From assembly GCA_002104905.1 (NCBI GenBank), contig MCFE01000169.1:62001-126000 (forward strand): a stretch of DNA of 64,000 nt. The letters are read 5' to 3'. This stretch comes from Basidiobolus meristosporus CBS 931.73. Its lineage: Eukaryota > Fungi > Basidiobolomycota. Shown here piece after piece: positions 53,420 through 64,000 of the stretch; the stretch's first letter is position 1; each line of letters starts with the position of its first letter. The notes beneath the pieces are model-generated. The model was not told the origin of the DNA. It saw nothing but the letters and a program-made list of their open reading frames with translations, and made no database searches. The position numbers and the translations under genes are program-made.

Positions 53420-53475
53420 ATAATAAGAATCAAGGCTTTCATTCACTCCAACAATACAACTTGCCTATTTGCTTG

Positions 53476-53481
53476 AATAAA
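53476..53481 (+). terminator. Polyadenylation signal AATAAA
   Basis: About 57 nt after the stop. AATAAAGTA is conserved after the copies at 48.7, 50.6, 55.2 and 56.9 kb. Confidence 0.55.
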
Positions 53482-53544
53482 GTACCGTTGCATTTTATCT
53501 ATTGATAGTGAATGGCCATGTGATTATGACTCTTATTGAGAATG

Positions 53545-53807
53545 CTAGTTGGCAGAGACTCTCACTGCTCCAACGGTCACTTCTTTTCCGTACTTCGCGA
53601 TGTATATCTCGAGTTGTTTAGAGGTAATCGTAGCAGTCGTGTTCCTTTTACGGTTGCAATCTTGCAGGGAAGGGTACAGGATTACTTTGGCGGAGGTGCC
53701 GGGTGGACCGGAAGTGATGCTTGTGATATCTACCGGTTCGCAGGTCACGTGTTGACATGAGCTGATGTTGACACGGTTAAGGAGCAGAGAAGGGTATTGA
53801 ATCGCAT
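53545..53807 (-). pseudogene. Family B deletion copy
   Basis: ATG at 53807, the shared TCAGC/TCATG junction, and exon-2 remnant TCEPVDITSITSGPPG..GAVRVSAN*. Confidence 0.75.
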
Positions 53808-54974
53808 TTTGTGTGTTTCACCACTGAATTGGATACTGAAGAGGACTGTATAGAGCTTTAAGGGGATAGGGACGGTAGGCAAGGAGAGATAGGCAGGGTT
53901 ACCATGGCAATGAAGGGGAATATTTGATCACTCCTGGGTGTATTACCCTTACTTCAGTTTCTAGCCAAGCGAGCCCATTCCTTGCTACTAGTAACATAAT
54001 AAAGCTTAAGTCAAGTGAAGTACGGGCGCTACAATTTTATAGTATGAGTAGCTTGTTTTAGTGTGTGTGACTTGAATTTCTATTCGCTGTAAGTGTAAAA
54101 CCGGATTGAATGCATGTATATATATTCGTAGAGTGAAATAACTCACTGGCTCGTGGTAAAATTTATTCAAAACACAAATCTTTATAGCCTTTCCATGACT
54201 GATAGTGGTGGTGAAAGACACGCCCGGTTGGTACGTAGATTAGGTGAAAGGCTTTACCAGCTTAGGTATTTATCCCAAGTGACATGTAGGTATTACTGCT
54301 TAGTGAAAGGTTGCACGAGGTCGGGCTAGAGACGTGGGGACGAAACTGGAGAGATACGCGATAAGAGACGGGGATTAAGCCCTATTGAACCTCCATCTCT
54401 CTCTACAACGGCTTCCATACAAGGATTCTGATTCAACCTCTCGTCTGCCCTACAACACGGATAAGATCTTGTGACCCTCTGATCTTTGTGGAGAATATCT
54501 TTTGAGCGTTTGCTTAATAACCATGATGGATATGGTAGATAAATACACTCATGTTGGAGTATCTATCACGTGAAGCTGGCAGCATTCTACTTGTCAAGTT
54601 ATTACTGACTGATACTTATAAGGTTCATTGCAGTCACACTCAAAAATTATTATCAGCACCTACAATGAAGTTACTTGCAAGCAAGCTATATGCACTGTTA
54701 GATAAGTACAGAAGTATACTAATTTCTATATTATAGCATCCTAACTTTAAGCTTATTTATTCCTCGTTCAGCTGACCTATACTTGAGGATGTATTGCGGC
54801 AGGTTGACTGTATGCGTAACTGACTAGGAATAAACACTGGAGTTGGATGTAGCTAGATAGGTTCAAGAGATGTGATAAATGTTTCGATCAACCATGCCAC
54901 CCTTTAATGAATATGATTAGTGGTAGCAACGGAAGGGGATACGGTGATAGGATACATTGGTACATGGAGATGGC

Positions 54975-55158
54975 GAATGCTGACCAAGGAGTTGAGGAAG
55001 AGGAAGGCAATCCCGAAGAGGCCGAGCTATGGGGGAGATACGGCGGGTATGGGCGGTGGAGGGGCAAATACTGGGGACGAGGACGTTACTGTCGCTGCGG
55101 TGGTTATGGAGGTTGGTAGGAATATGGAGGGTATGGTGAATGCAACTGGGGTTGCTGA
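54975..55158 (+). pseudogene. 5'-truncated family A copy with premature stop
   Basis: NADQGVEEEEGNPEEAELWGRYGGYGRWRGKYWGRGRYCRCGGYGGW*EYGGYGECNWGC*. No signal peptide or TATA. Confidence 0.8.
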
Positions 55159-55262
55159 ATAATAAGAGTCAAGGCTTTCATTCACTCCAGCAACGAATAA
55201 AGTAATGTCGCATTTTATCTATCGATAGTGAATGGTCATATGTATAACTCTGATTGTGAATG

Positions 55263-55497
55263 CTACTTGGCAGAGACTCCTACTTCTTTTCCGTTATTTG
55301 GAAGCAGTCGCAACAATCCTGTTCCTTTTCCTGTTGCAATCTTACAGAGAAGGGTACATGATTGCTTTGGCGGAGGTGCTGGATAGTCCAAAAGTGATGC
55401 TTGCGGTATCTACCGGACACGTGTTAGCATGAGCCGATGTTGATACGCGGGTTAGCAATGCCACGGTTAAGGAGCAGAGAACGGCATTGAATCGCAC
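55263..55497 (-). pseudogene. Family B deletion copy with further deletions; ATG mutated to GTG
   Basis: Aligns by eye with 50723-51003. Confidence 0.7.
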
Positions 55498-56054
55498 TGT
55501 GTGTGTTTTACCGTCAAATCGAATATTAAAGAAGATTGTATAGAGCTATAAGGGGATAAGCACGGTGGGCAAGGAGAGACGGGCAGTGAAGGGGAATATT
55601 CTATTAGAGTACTTTTTTCAGTCTTGGGAGTACGCATATGATTACTTCAGTTTCTAGCCAAGAGAGCCCGTTCCTTGCTACTAAAATCACAAAAAGACTT
55701 GAATCACTACAATTTTATCGTGTATGCCTTGTTATAGTGTGTGTGGCTTGGGTTCATATATGTAAACAACTGCAATAGTGGCTATAAGTGCAAAACCTGA
55801 TTAAATGCATGCATATATTTGTAGAGTGAAATAACTCATTGAAATCTCTATAGTCTTACCGTTAGGCATATGACTGATAGTAGTGGTGAAAGATGATGCC
55901 CCGTTGATGCCCCGTTGATGCGTAGATAAGCCTTTCATACGAGGATTCTGTTTCAATATTGTCTGCCTCAAAACACGGATTTTTAAGATTTTTTACCCTC
56001 TGAGCTTTGTGGAGTGTATCATTTGAGCGTTTGTTTAATAACAAAGACACTGAC

Positions 56055-56118
56055 TCTGAAGAGGCCGAGCTTTGGGGTAGATATGGTGGCTATGGAAGGT
56101 GGGGGAGCAGATACTGGC
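56055..56118 (+). pseudogene. Short family A fragment
   Basis: SEEAELWGRYGGYGRWGSRYW. Confidence 0.7.
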
Positions 56119-56471
56119 TAATCTTCCATGAATGCCGTCTATAGCTTTCTTATATTCATGTGGTGCTGTCGACCTGGACTGTACAAACCATTTTGCTTTA
56201 CATTCTGCTTTCTATAGTATCTAATGGTCTGACTACTACTAATATGACGATTAATTAGTATATACTATATGGTGACACTATTCTAGAGGCTCTTATTGTA
56301 TCTTCCTAATGCCTGTAGAATAGATGCAAAATATAATATATCGTTCGTCCGAAACCCATCAATTTCGCGAAGCTTCCTAGATGTGATGTCTATAAACCTC
56401 CGTCTTGGCCAAAAGCTGTCCCTGTATATAAAGGCTGGTGCCGAGCTTTATTGGAGTATTCAACATTCACC

Positions 56472-56864
56472 ATGTACAAACAACTTACCGCAGCTTGTGC
56501 TCTACTAATGGTCGTCAGTGCCTTTGGAAGTCCCGTGGATGTGTCAAGCACAAATCTCCGATAGAAACCCACAAAGCGGCCTAGTGGTGAAGAAGTTCTT
56601 GTCCAACAGGGAGGAGGATGCGCAGAATTTTCGACACTACATCGATGGTATTCTCAGCCAGATGTCAAGGAATACGTTCGATCAAGCAAGCAAGGCGCCG
56701 ATCAAGGAGTTGAGGAAGAGGAGGGCAATCCAGAAGAGGCCGAGCTATGGGGCAGATACTGGGGACGAGGACGTTACGGTTGCTACAGTGGTTATGGAGG
56801 TCGATGGAGATATGGACGCTACGGGGGATATGGAGGGTATGGTGGATGCGACTGGGGTTGCTGA
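56472..56864 (+). pseudogene. Family A copy with several deletions
   Basis: ATG 56472 gives MYKQLTAACALLMVVSAFGSPVDVSSTNLR* (17-nt deletion at AT microhomology). Further deletions follow FDQ and fall in the start of the mature peptide. Ends ..GGCDWGC*. Confidence 0.85.
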
Positions 56865-57015
56865 TTACGCTCCATTCGCAGTTTTTTCAATCGTAAGAAC
56901 CAATGCTTTCATTCACTCCAGCAATGAATAAAGTACTGTTGTATTTTATCTATTGATAGTGAATGGTCATGTGTATAATTCGATGGGATGTACAACTCTT
57001 ATTGTGAATGCAATG

Positions 57016-57208
57016 CTAGCTTCAATGGTCACTTCTTTTCCGTTGTTTGGAGGTAATCGCAGCAATCCTGTTCCTTTTCCTGTAGTTATCTTGCAGAGAA
57101 GGGTGCAGGATTGCTTTGGCAGAGGTGCTGGGTGGTCACGTGTTGGCATGAGCTGAGGTTGATACGCAGGTTAATGGTTAAAGAGCAGAGAACGGTATTA
57201 AATTGCAC
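57016..57208 (-). pseudogene. Family B deletion copy, degraded
   Basis: Same junction (CCTCAGCTCATGCC on minus), ATG mutated to GTG, additional deletions. Confidence 0.65.
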
Positions 57209-57484
57209 TGTGTGTGTCTCACCGTTGAATTGAATATTAAAGAAGATTGTATAGAGCTATAAGGGGATAAGCATGGTTGGCAAGGAGAGACAGGTAGAGT
57301 TACCATGACAATGAAGGGGAATACTTGATTATTGGAAGAACGGATGTGACACCAATTCATCACGCTTATTCAAAGTCCTATAGAATATTAACCATATGGT
57401 TGGAGAGTGACAACATTGATAACTTTATTATGGGAGGTATTATAATAGGGGAGTAATATATATATGGTAATTATACTCATGTAG

Positions 57485-58510
57485 CTATCTATTCCAGAAG
57501 CAGCTAGCCCATGGATCAAATATTTCATCAATAGTGAATATTTCAAATTCATCTGTTTCAAACTCTTTGCAAAATGAGTTTGGCATATTAGGGTTTTGTG
57601 CAAAATATCTGTAAAGATATTGCAAATTCTCAGATTTCATCTCAGCTAATCGGTTAGCTGAAAATATTGTAGGGTAGGACAAAATACCAGTGCCTAAGAA
57701 GTTTGTGATCATATATACTGGCCCAGCACGGTCCAGAGTGTGCTTAAAACAGTTATAGTTAAAATGAGGATATTGCTGACGTATTGTAAACCATAATGCG
57801 CGTAGAATGATCTTGCTGGCCCCAAGAGCAGTTCAAATTGTGGATGGTTGGTGGTTTGTCAGTGTCATTCTTGCAAAGGTACTATAGCAGCTGTAAAGGT
57901 TATAGTAAAATGCATTGGATGCTCCGGTGGCTGCTTCTTCCATAATTCTGCACTGATGTACATCCTTTGATAACATGCGCAAGAATCCTAATATTGATAT
58001 TGGCATTTGTTGACTACCGTAGCCATACGCACCAGATTCTTGTGTTTCTGAAGGTGAGCAGCCAGCATCCTTTGCTAGCTGCTTGACCAATCTGAACTTT
58101 GTTGTGTATTGCTGAATGTTGCAAATGAATTGGGATACCTTTGGATTCTGAATATTGCTAATATTTCCAGTGTTAAGCTCTGTTGCAGTGGAAAAGGGCG
58201 TAATGTTGTAGCTATTTGCTGCTTGAATAGAATTCAGCAGTAAATGGCTAGTTGCATGCTCAAGAAACCTCAAATCATCCTCCATTGAAGTTCCATCGCA
58301 ATAAACAGTGGTAAATATGCCACCTGATGAAGTTGATGTAATTTTGAAGCGATGAAGAATTGCCTTGACAGTTGATATTATTCTGTGGGCCTCTTGCCAG
58401 CTTCTGACCTCCAAGCAGAGCTTTACAGCACTAGCAACTGTAGGGTGCTCATTGGTCCATTCAAGGAGGGTTTGCATATTCCCATAATAGCTTTGTTTTC
58501 AGGTGGGGTT
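57485..58510 (-). mobile_element. Possible hAT-like transposase 3' remnant
   Basis: ORFs 57833-58477 and 57485-57712 are in one frame separated by a single TGA (40 open codons between). PT*KQSYYGNMQTLLEW, WQEAHRIISTVKAILHRFKITS and LWFTIRQQYPHF..ANRL loosely resemble the TRWNS, W..L..F...T and dimerisation motifs. Family call is weak. Confidence 0.4.
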
Positions 58511-58849
58511 TAAATCTCCACCTGGAGACAAAGCAATCAAAGCTCTGTGCATGGTAAACAAAGAGTTTTATAAACAAGAAGCCATAGACAAGCCAGCAAA
58601 AATAAATACACATAAATTTTCAAGTTTAATATATAATGAGTGGTGAATTGGCAACTTTGCCAAACTTGAAAAGTCCAATACATCCCTAGGCAGGTGGATA
58701 ACTGGTTATCATATTGACAGTGTAACCTATAGACTCAATCTATATGCGTGTTAATACACAATCATATTGCAAATAAACTTGTAGAAGTCTATTACTGTTG
58801 TGATAGAATATTGGTAAGTTGAAGCTTATAGAGAGGTGATTGCTTCCAA

Positions 58850-59100
58850 ATTATACAATGGCAACTCCAGTCTGACAAGGAGGAAGATGCGTGTAATATT
58901 TGAGGCTACATTGATGGCCTTCTTGGCCAAATATAAAAGGGTACATTCATAAATACTGTCTCTAATTAAGGAGCCTCAGAGGAGGAGGAAAGTGATCTAG
59001 AAGCCCAGTTGTGGGGGGGATACAATAGAGAGGCAGGCATTGGGGATATGGATGCTACAGTGGATTTGGAGGTAACAGTGGGTGCAATTGGTGCTGTTAA
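58850..59100 (+). pseudogene. Old decayed family A copy
   Basis: DKEEDACNI*GYIDGLLGQI*..EEEESDLEAQLWGGY / RGRHWGYGCYSGFGGNSGCNWCC*. Confidence 0.75.
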
Positions 59101-60109
59101 TCTACCACCCCCTACACCATAATGCCTAATAAACTAATGACTACATTTTTTGTTCTAATCCTTCAAGCATCAATATGGGAGTCTATTACAAGCACTCCAT
59201 ATTCTTGTCAATCACTACATATGGTCATAGATCATATATTGCTTTGAACTAAGCCTACACTTACTGCTTCTACTCTCTTTGCAATGTATACAAGCTATGG
59301 TTGAAGAATGGTTGCTTCCTCAATATTTCTGTAGGAAGAAAGTGCTTGTCTCTGCAGAGAATATTGGACATACTAGTTGAGGGAGACAATTACTGCTCCT
59401 ATAGATATTGAATTATACTTGGCACTCTACAAGAAAAATGATCCATTTGCCATGAATGTATACTGAATAAATTTCATCCAACTGATTTACACTTTGCCTA
59501 CTTATAAGAATGATGTGTGGGTAATAAGCAATATTTAATGTGAGCAACAGTGGAATCCAACAATGTTTGATTAATAATAATGAGGCCAAAGTTTACTTGT
59601 ATTCCTTGTCTGAGTTGTTGGTATCCCCAATACAGTTGTAATACTGGTGTAGCAGCTGATGAGTTATAGTTGCACTTTGATCAAAGTTGTGCTGTTTATT
59701 GGGAATGTTAATTGACGGAGATTCTTAAAGCCCCTACAGTCACCAGGTGTTTGTTGATTGTATTGTACTTCAAGTGATCATTATGACACATACAATGTGG
59801 TAAGTAGTTCTATCTGAGATAACAACTAGCATTCACAATGGTGGGAGCATAGATGTTTGATAATAAATATGTTGATCATGCAATCAACATGGTAGTTGTA
59901 AGAAACCTGTATGGTGGCTAAAAAATCATAACAGCTTTATAAATATTTTATTAGCACTTCAAGGTGACAAGATTCTTATCCAACCAAGTGAATATATATA
60001 CAAATCCATTCAATATCATCTGTGCATATCTAGGGCTTAAATGCAATCACCTGCTATTGTTGTTAGTTTCTTATTAGGTATGAGCCCATCCAGGATAAAG
60101 TATTCTTGG

Positions 60110-60320
60110 TAACCCATGGGTTGCAAAAGCTAATGCTGGAGAATGGCAAAGTAAGCATAAAGTTTAAAGGAAAGCCAGTTATGTGTAGAAATCTGAACAA
60201 ACCCCTGGAGACTTCACCTGCTTGTGAAGCCTTGTTAGCCACTCTGTTTGGACATGAGCACTATATGGACAACTGATTTCTAGGCTCAGAAGATGCTTCT
60301 CACAAATGAATACACATCCT
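60110..60320. other. Diverged duplicate of 46963-47250
   Basis: Shares AAGTTTAAAGG.AAGCCAG and CTGGAGACTTC.CCTGCTTGTGAAGCCTTG, plus downstream AAATGAATA.ACATCCTGTTG. Confidence 0.6.
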
Positions 60321-61004
60321 GTTGGAGACTGAAGTACACTGTATCTTGAGTGCTAAAGAAGCCTAATATATTATATAAATTGAATATCTAGCTTAAAAGA
60401 TAATAGATGTGTATACTTTCTATTCTTCAACAAACCCAGGGGTGATGTTAGCGGTGTCTACATGAGCCAGCTGTTATTCTTCAACTCTGTGTTGCCACTT
60501 CTTGGCTAGTAAGATCCCATTCAAGTAATACGCTTATTACAAACTTAACAATGTATGAGCTTCAGCTGATATACAGTCCAGCAAGGAGAAAACAGTATTG
60601 AGTTGCACCGTAGTGTTTGATGGTTGGTTTGTACGTGGAAGCCAATTCAGTAGAGCTGTGAGGAGATAAGTTACTGTGGCAATATTGGCTAATTTGTACT
60701 ATTTTAGCCAATCAATACAAAAGCCAGCATGTGTCATTGATGATGGGATTGACACAGAATCAAAGCATTATAGTGGTGGCTGAGCATTGATGCTGGACTT
60801 GATTAAATGCATATATCTATATACATCAGCAATACATCAGTAACCAGCCAATAAGAGAGCATTCACAATAGTGACAATGAAGAAGGAGTAAGCAAATCTA
60901 TCATGCATTCAAATGACACAGTGGACATTGTCAGCTTCTTCTGGACTCCAATATATAGTCAAGGCAGCAGCATCTACAATGTACAAGCTCTTAAGCAGAT
61001 TTGT

Positions 61005-61260
61005 ATAGCTTTATTTGAGCATTCAATACTCACAATACATAATAATCTTACATGAGTCTGCCTTGGGAAACAATGCTCATTTATCTTTGATAGGGGCCCA
61101 CAATGTGGTCAAGTGATCAACAGGAAAAAGATGCTTGGAATATTTGCCCCTACAAATGTCCAGGAATAGGTTTGATCAGACTCCCCCAGGCAAGCAAGAT
61201 ACTAACACAGGAGTCAAGAAAAAGGAAAGCAGTCCTGATACAGAGAGGGCAACGCTGTCC
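61005..61260 (+). pseudogene. Decayed family A 5' and pro-region relic
   Basis: GCTTTATTTGAGCATTCAATACTCACAATA matches the 5' UTR with ATG changed to ATA. GATAGGGGCCCCACAATGTGGTCAAGTG and GAAAAAGATGCTTGGAATATT match the pro-region. Confidence 0.6.
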
Positions 61261-61566
61261 AAAATATCTTGAGGAGTATTCTCCAGCACTGTGCAGCAGC
61301 TTTTTGGTTAGTAAGACTCAATTGAAACAATATGCTGAATACATATTAATTGGGCTAGAAATCATTGGATCTTGCTATGCAAGTTGTTCCATGTTCAATA
61401 TCTCAGTAGTAGGCTCATACTTCTCTATTGATAGACAAGAGAACCTTCACAATTGTGCATATTGTAAACTTGAAAGATATGGTGGACATCTTTATCAAAC
61501 TCCATCATAGGTTTTGGTTGTCCTGGCATACACACCTAAGGCAGGAGGCCATGTACAGCATTCACA

Positions 61567-61988
61567 ATGAGCAAGTACCTCTTGATCATCTGCACACTCT
61601 CAATGACTTCATATGTAGTTGCAATTCCTGTAGAGCAAACCAACACCAATGTAGCAAGCGCCACCATCTCTGTTCAAGATCCTCAAAGCAAAGAGATGAT
61701 AACAAAGCTCCAGTCTACTGAGACAAAGATGCTTGTGCCACTCTTGATGACATATTCAGCCAAATGTCAGGCAATGAGCTTGCGAATAAACAAGCAGCCT
61801 CCACTAATGAAGATGTCAACTTGGAAGAAGCCAAGCTATGGGGAAGATATGGCGGGAGATATGGTAGCTACATGAGCAGAAGGGGCAGGTACTGGGGACA
61901 AGGACACTATGGTTGCTATGGTGGTTATTGGGGACGTTAGGGATACAGTTGCTACGGTGGGTATGGCAGGTGCAACTGGGGTTGCTAA
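61567..61988 (+). pseudogene. Diverged full-length family A copy with a frameshift, a stop and CpG decay
   Basis: MSKYLLIICTLSMTSYVVAIPVEQTNTNVASATISVQDPQS.., frameshift near 61720, then DKDACATLDDIFSQMS..EEAKLWGRYGGRYGSYMSRRGRYWGQGHYGCYGGYWGR*GYSCYGGYGRCNWGC*. Confidence 0.8.
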
Positions 61989-62344
61989 ACACTTGAAATC
62001 AGTCACATAGTACAGGGTAATTCAAATTTGTTGGTTCCAAGTAACCAAGAATGTCAGCATGCAAATACTTGGATGTATATGTTTTCCATACTTGTACTTG
62101 GTTGTATGAGGCTAAGCTACCAGTAGCACTGCACATATTCACTTGAACAGCTTAGTGACAGTGGAAGGCAGACAAGCAACTAGTGTTTGAATTTGGTGAG
62201 TTATGGTTGTTACGGAGTGAGTTGTGGTATCTTTGCCGCAGTAAGTATAGAAGACACTGGGTTGCTTATTTACCATGCCAAGCCTTACAACTACATTAGA
62301 CAACCACATAGCTGCCATAGCTCTTGATTGATGAAATCATGCAA

Positions 62345-62510
62345 CTATATTGTGTGCTCTACTTGAGGCTGCCAGTGCCTTTGGAAACCCTTTGCAGGTA
62401 ACAAGCACAAATCTTGCAGGTTCATCCATCTCTGGTAGGGACCCACAAAGTGGATAAGTGGTAAAGAAGTTCTTATCCAGCATGGAAGAAAAGGTTCAAA
62501 ATATTCACTA
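62345..62510 (+). pseudogene. Family A N-terminal half relic fused to the family B 3' flank
   Basis: GTGCCTTTGGAAACCC..AGCACAAAT..TCCATCTCTGGTAGGGACCCACAAAGTGG..AAGAAGTTC matches the copy-3 N-terminal half; the tail is deleted. Confidence 0.7.
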
Positions 62511-62528
62511 TGCATTTTATTTTGAATG

Positions 62529-62943
62529 TTAGTAGACAGAGACCCTTACTGCCCCTAGAATTACAGTTTTTCTGCTCCTTGCAATGTACACCTCCCCTTG
62601 TTGAGAGGATATCATTGCAATTTTGTTCCTTCTATTGTGTCAATCTTGCATAGAAGGATACAGGATAGCATGGGCAGAGGTGTTTGGGGATTCAGGGGTA
62701 ATACTGGCAGTATCCACTGGCCTAAATGTTACTTGTTGGCACAAGCCAGCTGGGAATGGAAGCTACTGGGTGGTATCTTGGGGCTTATTCTCCAGCTCTA
62801 GATTGCAAATTGTTGATCAGTAAGGTTCATTCAAATATACATTGAACACATACTTAATAGTGGAATTGGAGGATTGGGCTTCAGTCAATGCACAGCCTAG
62901 TAATGCCATTTGCTAATGAGGAGATACCAGTATTGAAGTTCAT
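62529..62943 (-). pseudogene. Diverged full-length family B copy that retains the intron
   Basis: ATG 62943, two +1 insertions in exon 1, GTATGT..TACTGAT..TAG intron, exon 2 LENKPQDTTQ*LPFPAGLCQQVTFRPVDTASITPESPNTSAHAILYPSMQD*HNRRNKIA..GAVRVSVY*. Confidence 0.8.
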
Positions 62944-63330
62944 TGTGTGTGTTTGATGGTTGTATTGTACATGGATCCCAGTTTTATAGGACTGGAAGAG
63001 GATTAGCCCGGCTGGTAAAGGGCAGCAGGCTGAGTTGCCATAACAGAAACTGGCCCCCTTCTACTGTTTCTCATGGTGCTAATTTTATTGGATTAGCCAA
63101 TTGATTCCAATTACTTCATCTTATACTCAAGTCTATGAACAATTGTGGAAGGCAGCCAGATAACTTGTGTATATATGCATGTTTGGCACAGTGCCCATTT
63201 GGCTATGATGCTATTCACGTTAATTTGTTCCTAGTAAGAATGACATTATATCCATCAGTGAGCAATACTATTTTAGCAATGCTACTGATCTGGGGTTGAA
63301 AAGGCTAAATCAATCAATACAGATGAGTAC

Positions 63331-63450
63331 AGCTACATGGATCAAGGATGGCATAGGTGCAGCTATGTGGATTAAGGGTGGCATAGGTGCAGCGACATGG
63401 ATTAAGGGTAGCATAGGTGCAGCTACATGAATTAAGGGTGGCATAGTTGC
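63331..63450. repeat. 30-bp minisatellite, 4 copies
   Basis: AGCTACATGGATTAAGGGTGGCATAGGTGC units start at 63331, 63361, 63391 and 63421. Confidence 0.9.
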
Positions 63451-64000
63451 TATGGCCATCTGATATTGGCATAAACAAAGCATTCCTATCAATGAATGCT
63501 GATGGTAATTTCTTTGAGTAAATTTGAGCTATAAATACCCAAGCCATTACAATATAGTCTAGCAATGCAATGGCTACTAAGGAAGTAACAGTATTGCTGG
63601 TTTATTGCACATGGAAGGCTGAGTTATTATACCTTTCATATTATATTTAGTCTGACCACTTTATCTGATTGTTCCTGAAGATGCTTGATGTAAGAGCTAT
63701 TACAACAGTTGCAATGAAGGAGAAATAAATCATTGAAGCCAAACCGCATCTTTGGTGACAGCAGTTTTGTATGTATATACAGTACATGTAGAGAGTATAT
63801 ATAGACAGTTGGTGAGCAGGATTCATTTAGCAAGAGCAGAGATTGAATGCTGGAGTAAGTGGTAACATGCGTATTATATTGTCTGAGGCAGCAACTCCCT
63901 ACCTCTCCTGGTAGTCGCAAACTGGTCCATAGAGACATATTGTGCATGAGAGCCATTGCTACAATGCCAATGAAAGAGCAATAAACTATCCTGGCATAGC

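Noticed and set aside
48449-53505. Overlapping alternative-frame ORFs over family A (acidic GGDTVDMGGGG..GVAE frame, MGEIRW.. frame, antisense 50297-50605)
   Set aside because: By-products of GGN/TAY/CGN codon use. Substitutions between copies are synonymous only in the family A frame, and starts are mostly non-ATG.
48214-56572. Antisense ORFs containing MDALATFVLDTSTGLPKALTT
   Set aside because: They are the reverse complement of the family A signal-peptide region, and lengths and ends differ between copies.
61567-61875. 102-aa ORF with a signal peptide as an intact gene
   Set aside because: Similarity to family A switches frame near 61720, and the ancestral frame has a stop and CpG decay. 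Treated as a pseudogene.
1-64000. Species assignment, rRNA and tRNA genes
   Set aside because: No rRNA or tRNA structure was recognised. Fungal origin is only inferred from the intron consensus and kinase type, so the species cannot be named without a search.

Overview
Eukaryotic DNA, probably fungal (inferred from a GTATGT..TACTAAC..TAG intron and a NIMA/Nek2-like kinase relic). No databases were searched; all calls come from reading the sequence. Left 37 kb: two arrays of one 34-bp satellite in opposite orientation (about 1.7-26 kb forward, 28.6-37.3 kb reverse), with higher-order repeats, a clean solo LTR with 4-bp TSD, and a retroelement-like spacer at the inversion. 37-45 kb: CpG-decayed transposon and kinase relics. 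45.6-63 kb: a birth-and-death cluster of two secreted-protein families. Family A is an intronless signal peptide + acidic pro-region + 50-aa Gly/Arg/Tyr/Trp-rich cationic peptide ending CDWGC. Family B is a 118-aa two-Cys secreted protein with one intron, which the ORF track shows only in part. The single intact copy of each family sits head-to-head (B 51399-51825 minus, A 52970-53419 plus), surrounded by frameshifted, deleted or decayed copies.
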